NCBI RefSeq assembly: GCF_020885515.1
Contig: NZ_AP024987.1
Location: forward strand, 650,248-682,247
Source: a cyanobacterium endosymbiont of Braarudosphaera bigelowii
GTDB taxonomy: Bacteria > Cyanobacteriota > Cyanobacteriia > Cyanobacteriales > Microcystaceae
DNA: 32,000 nt
Direction: 5' to 3'
The notes under the pieces were generated by a model. That model searched no databases and was not told where the DNA came from. It saw only the letters and a list, made by a program, of their open reading frames with translations. Shown piece by piece: positions 1-7,943 of this stretch (positions within the stretch are counted from its first letter, which is position 1; each line of letters opens with the position of its first letter). Made by a program: the position numbers and the translations under genes.

Positions 1-84
1 TAATTGCTTGGCGCAGGTTTGGGCCCAAGTTCTGCTATGAGTATCTCCTGCTTTATGAGCAATAATAACTTGTTTAAGTTCCAC
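1..84 (-). CDS. 5' end of a gene running off the left edge (possibly NAD+ kinase N-terminus)
   Basis: The reverse complement of 1-84 reads (GTG)VELKQVIIAHKAGDTHSRTWAQTCAKQL, open to the window edge, with an in-frame stop upstream at 160-162. An MELKQVIIAHKAG-type N-terminus resembles cyanobacterial NAD kinase from memory only. The fragment is too short to be sure. Confidence 0.35.
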   Translation of the reverse strand, partial: MELKQVIIAHKAGDTHSRTWAQTCAKQL

Positions 85-674
85 TTCTATACACTTAGTA
101 ATAATCTTACTTAAATAATTAAGCTTAACTTCAATATTAAAGTAGAGTTGCAAGAAAATTCATAATATCCTACTTAAGATTTAAAAGAAAGATTTTTCAA
201 AAAAAACTGAAAAATTAAAAGCTTACAACATACATATATTTGCATTTAATAAAGAATGACTTAATACCTCAAAAACTAACATTTTAAAAAATATCTTATG
301 TATGAAGTATATCTTTTACTATCTTGAATAATAATTAATTAATGTACATAATGATTATTATCTATAAAAGTCACGTATATCTTTAAACAAAGTATATATA
401 AGAAGAAGGCATAAGATCTAAAAAAGTATTTTTGTTATTAAACAAGAATATTTCTCTTGACGTTTCATTTTAATAAGTTTGCTATTTATATTCAAGTCTA
501 AAATAGCTATATAGTTTTACTAATATTTTTTAGGAATAAAGAACTTTTTCATATAGTTTTAATATAGTAAAACTATCCGAAACAAAGTATTACTTTAAAA
601 CAAGTACTTAGTTGAGGATAGCTTAATCTTATTTTAATCCTGATACAAGATTATTTAACTAAAACTGAATAGTC

Positions 675-710
675 GACAAGGTATTGATTTTTCTAAATCA
701 ATACCTTGTC
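675..710 (-). terminator. 3' stem-loop of psaD
   Basis: Perfect 16-bp inverted repeat GACAAGGTATTGATTT / AAATCAATACCTTGTC with a 4-nt loop, 11 nt past the psaD stop. No clean U-tract follows on the minus strand, so it may be a 3' stabilising hairpin rather than a classical intrinsic terminator. Confidence 0.55.
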
Positions 711-720
711 ACTAGACTAT

Positions 721-1149
721 CTAAACTTCATAAGGGACTTTGCCTGAAAATTTTAAAGTGACAGGTTCAGGATTAGTTCCAATTTTTCTATCTATTTTAC
801 CAGCGTAACTACGTCCTTCTTTTGCTACTTCAGAAGCAACTCCATCAATAGGGTAAAGAAGCTGAGCATCACCATTAGGATAGACTCGATAAACTTTATA
901 ACTCTCGATTATAGGCTCAAATTTTGTTTGCAACTGTTTTCCTAGAGCCAAGCATTGTTCTTTTGTTGCAAGATGTAAAAGATTTGCTCCTACATTCATA
1001 ATTGCTGCTCCACCAGTAGGCATTTCAAAAACCTGTTCTGTTCCACTACTCCAGGTAATAGCGTATTTTTCTTCAAGGTAAGCACTAGAGAGTAAACCAC
1101 CTGTACTGCCACCGAAAATAGGAAGTTTTCCTTTAAGCTTTTCTACCAT
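721..1149 (-). CDS. psaD: Photosystem I reaction centre subunit II (PsaD)
   Basis: The 142-aa ORF has the typical PsaD sequence ([34 protein letters not shown]...IGxNP). It starts at ATG with AAGAGGAA about 9 nt upstream. Confidence 0.95.
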   Translation of the reverse strand: MVEKLKGKLPIFGGSTGGLLSSAYLEEKYAITWSSGTEQVFEMPTGGAAIMNVGANLLHLATKEQCLALGKQLQTKFEPIIESYKVYRVYPNGDAQLLYPIDGVASEVAKEGRSYAGKIDRKIGTNPEPVTLKFSGKVPYEV

Positions 1150-1442
1150 GGTACTTTGTTCCTCTTAAAAAAGTGTTTTAGGAAATACTATCATTGAGTT
1201 ATCCCTTATTATTCAAATTAGTAAAAAACTGTAATAAATATTCGTTAATTTTTATGTAAAGTAAATTTATAGACATTAAATTTGTGACGTAATGATTATG
1301 CTATCAAGTTGAGTAGCACGCAATTTCAAGATATGAAATATTGGATTATTTCTCAATACTATAAATAAATGATTTTGATAGAATATTTTATTAAAGTAGA
1401 CTAAGGTTGATACTAATTCTAGTAACTCTCAAAAAATCAAAT

Positions 1443-1470
1443 GTTTTTAATTTATTTTTAAATTAAAAAC
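1443..1470. repeat. AT-only perfect hairpin/palindrome in the psaD-rplY spacer
   Basis: GTTTTTAATTTA-TTTT-TAAATTAAAAAC forms a 12-bp perfect stem. Function is unknown, and low-complexity AT sequence lowers its significance. Confidence 0.3.
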
Positions 1471-1521
1471 ATAAAACAAATAAAGTAAATATTTTAGTAT
1501 TGATCATACATCTTATAGAGA

Positions 1522-1551
1522 ATTAGAGTCTAATCTAATTTGGACTCTAAT
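1522..1551 (-). terminator. 3' stem-loop of rplY
   Basis: ATTAGAGTC / GACTCTAAT form a 9-bp perfect stem with a 12-nt loop, 16 nt downstream of the rplY stop on the minus strand. Confidence 0.4.
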
Positions 1552-1566
1552 CCTTTGTTGAGATAA

Positions 1567-1869
1567 TTACTCATTTGGAGAAATATGACAGAAGCTAAGA
1601 TGTACAAGACTTCTTTTCCAAGGATGAGCTTGTATTTCTTTGATTACAGCTTTACCTTTCCAGGAAAGATCAGGAATATCGACATCAATAATCGTTTCGT
1701 CAACTTTTACACTTCTAAGCATTAATGCAGCTTCTTTCTTATCAACAACTAATTGCATTGATTCAGTACCATCATGTCCATACAAAGTTGTAGGAAGTAG
1801 TCCTTCACGACGAAGAGCATTAGGCTTAATATTTAGAGGTCTTTTTTGGCATTGAATTGATAGAGGCAT
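1567..1869 (-). CDS. rplY: 50S ribosomal protein L25 (short, bL25 form)
   Basis: The 100-aa ORF aligns by eye to E. coli L25 (R..G..P..LYG near the N-terminus, and IQAHPWKRSLVHLSF versus VQRHPYKPKLQHIDF). Confidence 0.85.
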   Translation of the reverse strand: MPLSIQCQKRPLNIKPNALRREGLLPTTLYGHDGTESMQLVVDKKEAALMLRSVKVDETIIDVDIPDLSWKGKAVIKEIQAHPWKRSLVHLSFCHISPNE

Positions 1870-2414
1870 AACATTTAACTCACTATATAGTTGACTTGAT
1901 TTTTATAAACAACGACAGATTCTATCGTCAATAGTAAGAATCTTGAAGTAAATATTCTAAGATTTCTTAATTCTCTTTGTTTTCTTGTGATCTAAGCAAA
2001 ATTATGTAGATCAAACTAGCAAAATTTAGCTAGATAACATTACTAAAAAGATAATGATATACTTAACCATATAATTTATAGATTGGATATATTTTTATAT
2101 CTTCTCATTCATTAATTATACTTATATTAATAATATCTAAATAGCTTAGTTAATCAATTCTGATTAAGCAATAACTAAAATCTATCACAATATTTACAGT
2201 GACACTAATATTTATGATGATTTTATACTCTAGTTTTGTAATTTACCTAATAATTTTTTACTTTTTTCTATAGTCAATCGAGAAAAATCTCATTATATGC
2301 ATATCTGTAGTTTTAAAAGAAACTTTTGAAACTAATATTAGGTTTTCCATAATAAGTCTTTATATGTTAATCATAAAACCTAAAAGTTATATACTCTATT
2401 ATGGAATTTCTTTA

Positions 2415-3149
2415 TCAGGCTCTATTTAAGCATAAAGAATTATGGTACGGACATTTATCTTTACAGTTTTTATGATGAGTAAAGCTATAACTACTTTGAT
2501 TAATATCGTATAAGTTATAATTAAGATAACTTACCATTTTTTCTAAATCTAAGCTAGTTTGCTGGTGTTGACTTTGACTATATTGAAAACTTAAATACTG
2601 AGGCTTATATTTATTTTTTATAAACCAATATGTCATTGAAATACTTTCTGGCAAATAAGTAGATGTTTCTGCTAATAGATATAGGTAGAGTCTAGTTTGC
2701 CAATCATTTTCTAATTGTTTCTTGTTATTAGGCTTTAAGTATGTTTTCCAGTCTAAAATTTGTACTTGATTACTTTCTACGACTAATAAATCATATATAG
2801 CCGTTAATAGATAATTATTCTTTTTGAAAGTTATATAATGCTCTGCTTCTGTCCAGAATTCAGAGTTTAGAATATGTTTCTCAACAATAGACTTAAATAA
2901 AATTTTTATCATTTCATTTAAATTTGAGTATTGAGCTAATGCAGAATCAATTGATAATCCCATAAAATGTTGCTGCATTAATTGATGAAATTGATTTCCC
3001 CAATGTAAACTTTTTTGTGATTCTAGGCTTACGGGAGAATTTAAATGATCTATATAAATTTTTTTAAACTGAGGAGGACAAGTTTCTAGTAAATTTAATT
3101 GAGATTGGGATAAACGTATTAATGAATAATCACATTTAGGATAGTACAT
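2415..3149 (-). CDS. PD-(D/E)XK nuclease family protein (Cas4/RecB/AddB-like, probable Fe-S cluster)
   Basis: 244-aa ORF. It has an N-terminal LSQSQLNLLETCPPQF with one Cys, IYD...ILDWKTY (D...D/ExK), QTRLYLY (QxxxY), and a C-terminal CKDKCPYHNSLC three-Cys motif. This is the 1+3 Cys layout of Cas4/AddB-type nucleases. Confidence 0.75.
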   Translation of the reverse strand: MYYPKCDYSLIRLSQSQLNLLETCPPQFKKIYIDHLNSPVSLESQKSLHWGNQFHQLMQQHFMGLSIDSALAQYSNLNEMIKILFKSIVEKHILNSEFWTEAEHYITFKKNNYLLTAIYDLLVVESNQVQILDWKTYLKPNNKKQLENDWQTRLYLYLLAETSTYLPESISMTYWFIKNKYKPQYLSFQYSQSQHQQTSLDLEKMVSYLNYNLYDINQSSYSFTHHKNCKDKCPYHNSLCLNRA

Positions 3150-3390
3150 TTTCTAAATATAGACTTGTTATGAATTGTGTATGAGCTTTAAAAACTACTT
3201 TTTTGTGACACATATATGACTAATAATCATTAAAATATTAATTTTTACGATATCTGTGTAAAGTACTAATAAGAAAGAAGGAACTCCATTTTAATATAAT
3301 CTGTCTCTCTTCTAAAGATTAAAGAATTTGATAGTGCAACATCATAGCTCTATCTTGCCAGTCTTTAGACATAAATTTATAGCTTACACC

Positions 3391-4587
3391 ATGAATATAT
3401 CTACCTTACCACTGCGATTGACTGCTATCGTAACTATTGCCTTTAGTAACTGTATTTTTTCAAGTTTTCTTGCTGAAGCCTATACATTCAGCGAAACTAC
3501 TCTTGACCAAGACAAAATTATTGCTGTTGCCAGACCTTATGGTGGAGGAAAGTATGATTTGTTAGTGATTGAACAAATACCGGGGAAAAGAAGTTGTTGG
3601 AAAGAAAAAGAGGGGAACCCAGTCGTGGTTGATCCTTTATTAATTAATTTTGATTTTACTGGCATTTGTCGTCGCTCTACAGATAGCAATGGTTATTCGA
3701 TACGTCTTGATGGTAATGACTTAGGATTAGATTATTTATTGCGTATTGTTAATCGTGGCGGGGAATTACAGCTAGTGGGAAGCCCTAGAAATAGTAATTA
3801 TAGTGAGATAGTTTTAGGTAGCACTCAAGGATTAACTTCTGGGTTTATGAAAATCAATTTATATTCAGGTTGGCAATTTACCAAGCGAACTTATAAAGAT
3901 AAGGTACTAGGACATTTTTATCTTAGTGGTTCTCAAACGGCAATTGCACAAAGACAAAGTACTTCTGTATCATCTGATTTTTCGACTGCATCCATAGTTA
4001 ACACTAATTCTCAACATAATTTAACAGATATTAGCGGTAATAAATATGAAAATGAGATTTCTAAGGCAGTTAACATAGGTTTAATGTCGGGATTTAAAGA
4101 TGATACTTTTCGCCCAGATCAACCTATTAATCGAGGACAATTGCTTTCCATGGCAGTCAATGTTGTCAATACTATATCCTCTGAAAATTTTAAAAGTTCT
4201 CATCAAGATATAAATAAGATAAAGCAAGCCTATTCAAATTTTTTTAATATAGGAAATACTAACAATGCGTTGCAAGAAAGTAAATCTATTAATCGTGCAG
4301 AATTAATTGATGTTATGCAACGTATAGTTATGCATCTAAAGAAAGAATTAAATATTTCGGGAAATATTCAAAGTATTAATCAGCCTATTCCCTTTTCTGA
4401 TGTTTCTTATAATTCAACTGAATCTACCATTAAACAAATACCAGGGTACTGCAATACGACTAATACTTTAAGCAAAAAAGAAGTTGCCTCCAATTTAGAA
4501 AGTAAAGCAACTCGCGACTATACAGCATCTATTTTAGTTAAAGTTTTAAATTGTCTAAAGTCTGAAATAGAACAAGCAAAAAAATAA
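3391..4587 (+). CDS. Secreted DUF3747-domain protein with C-terminal SLH-like repeats
   Basis: The ORF track starts at TTG 3328. ATG 3391 gives MNISTLPLRLTAIVTIAFSNCIFSSFLAEA, which looks like a signal peptide. The DUF3747-like core is IIAVARPYGGGKYDLLVIEQIPGKRSCW...FDFTGICRRSTDSNGYSIR. One good SLH motif (ISKAVNIGLMSGFKDDTFRPDQPINRGQL) is followed by two weaker ones. Confidence 0.8.
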   Translation: MNISTLPLRLTAIVTIAFSNCIFSSFLAEAYTFSETTLDQDKIIAVARPYGGGKYDLLVIEQIPGKRSCWKEKEGNPVVVDPLLINFDFTGICRRSTDSNGYSIRLDGNDLGLDYLLRIVNRGGELQLVGSPRNSNYSEIVLGSTQGLTSGFMKINLYSGWQFTKRTYKDKVLGHFYLSGSQTAIAQRQSTSVSSDFSTASIVNTNSQHNLTDISGNKYENEISKAVNIGLMSGFKDDTFRPDQPINRGQLLSMAVNVVNTISSENFKSSHQDINKIKQAYSNFFNIGNTNNALQESKSINRAELIDVMQRIVMHLKKELNISGNIQSINQPIPFSDVSYNSTESTIKQIPGYCNTTNTLSKKEVASNLESKATRDYTASILVKVLNCLKSEIEQAKK

Positions 4588-4694
4588 TGCAACCTTGATT
4601 TTGTTGGAATTATACGATTATAAGGAACTTAAAACTAAAAAATAAAATTATTAAATATCTAGCCTTCAAAATAATTGCAAGAATCTTATAACTT

Positions 4695-4737
4695 TTCTAA
4701 TTTACGATGATAAGCTATCGTTTTATGGAAATTAGAA
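4695..4737 (+). other. Two-tier RNA hairpin in the 3' region of the SLH-protein gene
   Basis: The outer stem is TTCTAATTT/AAATTAGAA (9 bp). The inner stem is ACGATG/TATCGT (6 bp) and includes a G-U pair that exists only in the plus-strand transcript. Confidence 0.35.
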
Positions 4738-4752
4738 TTAATTTTAAAAAAT

Positions 4753-4799
4753 CCTCAAAGCCTCGATATTAGAGGGCTTCTGAGGTTTTTTATTTTTTT
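4753..4799 (+). terminator. Rho-independent terminator (plus strand)
   Basis: A GC-containing stem CCTCAAAGCC(T)/(G)GGCTT-c-TGAGG with one bulge and one G-U pair is followed directly by TTTTTTATTTTTTT. It lies 166 nt after the stop at 4587. Confidence 0.7.
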
Positions 4800-4864
4800 A
4801 GTCAGTTTTTATAATATGATAGTTTTAAAAATATCACATTAAATGTTACTTTTTCCTATTAAGA

Positions 4865-4873
4865 TGATATAAT
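4865..4873 (+). promoter_or_regulatory. Extended -10 promoter element (TGnTATAAT)
   Basis: TGATATAAT. The -35 is weak, and the predicted TSS is near 4880. Confidence 0.4.
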
Positions 4874-4879
4874 GTCTAG

Positions 4880-4958
4880 GTGTGTAAGGAGTAAGAGTGA
4901 CTTGAAAAGGTCCCCGAAGTCGAAACATGGCAAGACGTTCTGGACCTTTTCTTTTTTT
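4880..4958 (+). ncRNA. Candidate small RNA, Yfr2-family-like
   Basis: A promoter sits upstream. The 5' GUGUAAGGAGU (4882-4892) is 10/11 identical to the complement of the Yfr1 core ACUCCUCACAC. An extended hairpin at 4905-4950 has the apical loop GAAACAUGGCAA and is followed by UUUUCUUUUUUU. There is no credible ORF. Confidence 0.4.
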
Positions 4959-5016
4959 ATATCTTTAACAAAAGCATTTTATAATAAAACTTTTCATATA
5001 TATTTATACAAGTGTG

Positions 5017-5061
5017 ACCCTTTAAGAATGGAGCTCTTCTTAATTCCTATTCTCAAAGGGT
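5017..5061 (-). terminator. 3' stem-loop of the atpD-atpC operon
   Basis: A 13-bp stem ACCCTTTAAGAAT/ATTCTCAAAGGGT lies 34 nt past the atpC stop. Its single A-C mismatch on the plus strand becomes a G-U pair on the minus-strand RNA. No U-tract follows. Confidence 0.5.
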
Positions 5062-5094
5062 TATATATGCATACACAAAGACAGAAAGTCTGAG

Positions 5095-5505
5095 CTAAGA
5101 TATTCCTCCAGAAGCATTAAAACGTGCTTTTGCACGTTTTAATGCATTGGAAGCTTTGATCTTTTCCAAATGTTCGTTTCCTTTGTTTACTTCCTCTAAT
5201 TTAGCTTGAGCAGTATTATACTCTCGTTTTGCTTCTTCTTTATCAATGGTCTCTCCTACTTCAGCAAAGTTTACTAAGACTTTTACTTCATCTTGTTCTA
5301 CCTCTGCAAAGCCTCCCATTATTGCTACGTTTTGCCATTCTTTATCAGTCCTAATACGCATTACTCCAGTATCAAGAGCAGTTAAGAGAGGCGCATGTCC
5401 ACTTAAAATGCCTAGCTGTCCTGAAGTACTTGGTAGAACAACTTCTTGAACAGTGTTGTCCCAAACGGTCTTATCTGGGGTGATTACACGAACTGTTAGT
5501 ACCAT
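5095..5505 (-). CDS. atpC: F0F1 ATP synthase subunit epsilon
   Basis: The 136-aa ORF has the typical epsilon sequence ([37 protein letters not shown]) and lies immediately downstream of the beta subunit gene. Confidence 0.95.
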   Translation of the reverse strand: MVLTVRVITPDKTVWDNTVQEVVLPSTSGQLGILSGHAPLLTALDTGVMRIRTDKEWQNVAIMGGFAEVEQDEVKVLVNFAEVGETIDKEEAKREYNTAQAKLEEVNKGNEHLEKIKASNALKRAKARFNASGGIS

Positions 5506-5533
5506 GTTAATTATTAATTATCAGTTATTAGAA

Positions 5534-5553
5534 GGGCGAATAAATATTCACCC
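5534..5553 (-). promoter_or_regulatory. Intercistronic hairpin between atpD and atpC
   Basis: The minus-strand RNA GGGUGAAU-AUUU-AUUCGCCC forms 8 bp including one G-U. The same position is a C-A mismatch on the plus strand. Confidence 0.35.
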
Positions 5554-5597
5554 TGATACAAATTTAGGAAACAGAAGATTAGAAAATAGTTGACTAA

Positions 5598-7052
<1,455 letters not shown>

Positions 7053-7340
7053 TCATCCTCTTTTGGAATTAGCTTACAAATGACTAAATGAAAATATTTA
7101 ATGTTATTTTCGTCACTCCTATAGGCTACCATCTTTATAGCACTCAAGGAAATGTCTTAGTTCTTGTTGAAAGACTATCTTAATATTAAAATGTTGGAAA
7201 TGATACTAATATATTAGAGTAGCAACCTATAAAGTATTAGGTATAGATTATAAATATAAAAATATAATGTACAACTTATTTATTTTACAAAAGCTTTTTA
7301 TAATCACATGTTTGTTGGCAAAGTATAAACTCTACCTAAA

Positions 7341-7841
7341 ATGAAAAACAATTTTGAAAATAACTATGAAATTCACCGTCAATGGATGAGAAGAGCATTA
7401 ACCTTAGCTGAAAAAGCAGGAAATATAGAAGATGTTCCTGTAGGAGCCATAATTACCGACAATCATGGGAACTTAATTGCCGAAGGATATAACCGTAAAA
7501 AACAAAATAATGATCCCATAGGACATGCAGAAATTCTTGCTATTCGCCAGGCCAGTCAAAAATTACAGTCTTGTTATTTAGATAAATGTATACTTTACGT
7601 CACACTAGAGCCTTGTATGATGTGTACTGGAGCTATCATACATTCTCGAATAGGTTTACTAGTTTATGGAATTGATGATCCTAAGGCAGGAACTGTCCGT
7701 ACAATTCTGAATTTACCTGATAGCGATGCTTCAAACCATCGTTTACCTGTACTTTCCGGTATTTTAAAGGAGGAATGTCAAAAGCAATTACAGAACTGGT
7801 TTAAAACAGTAAGAGATAAGAAAACAATCAATGGAAAATAA
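7341..7841 (+). CDS. tadA: tRNA adenosine(34) deaminase
   Basis: The 166-aa ORF carries the CDA-fold zinc motifs HAEILAI and PCMMCTGA. Confidence 0.9.
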   Translation: MKNNFENNYEIHRQWMRRALTLAEKAGNIEDVPVGAIITDNHGNLIAEGYNRKKQNNDPIGHAEILAIRQASQKLQSCYLDKCILYVTLEPCMMCTGAIIHSRIGLLVYGIDDPKAGTVRTILNLPDSDASNHRLPVLSGILKEECQKQLQNWFKTVRDKKTINGK

Positions 7842-7943
7842 TGCTAAATTGCTGCAATCTTTAATAATATAAAAGGCTAAGAACAAGCTATGTGAAAAGA
7901 CTATGATTATAATAGCCGATATATAAATCCTAACTATTCTATT

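Noticed and set aside
503-577. Alternative hairpins formed by duplicated ATATAGTTTTA segments, resembling a terminator/antiterminator switch
   Set aside because: The stems are AT-only and 9-11 bp, and lie in low-complexity sequence. There is no leader peptide or adjacent regulated gene in the right orientation, so this is likely chance.
1640-1855. 71-aa plus-strand ORF antisense to rplY
   Set aside because: It is a shadow ORF entirely inside a well-supported gene on the other strand. The same applies to 5246-5449 (in atpC), 8012-8287 (in polA), 12894-13232 (in ribE), 19336-19668 (in ffh), 24577-24834 (in tldD) and 28556-28795 (in dus).
3328-3390. TTG-initiated N-terminal extensions proposed by the ORF track (also 16201-16212, 18334-18372, 20893-20937, 22083-22109)
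   Set aside because: In each case an internal ATG gives a more typical N-terminus (signal peptide, conserved first motif or normal family length). Some have a better SD (GGAGA before 18333, GGAG before 20938). These are retained only as alternatives.
4880-4958. Possibility that this RNA is the SRP (4.5S/ffs) RNA
   Set aside because: AGGUCCCCGAAGUCGAAACAUGGCAAG resembles the conserved AGGUCCGGAAGGAAGCAGCCAAGGCAG only superficially. The apical loop is 12 nt rather than a GNRA tetraloop, and the symmetric and asymmetric loop motifs of domain IV are absent.
4872-5093. 73-aa ORF (MSRCVRSKSDLKRSPKSKHGKTFWTF...)
   Set aside because: It runs through the candidate sRNA, its terminator and the atpC 3' hairpin. 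It is low-complexity and basic, has no SD, and the same DNA is better explained by RNA structures.
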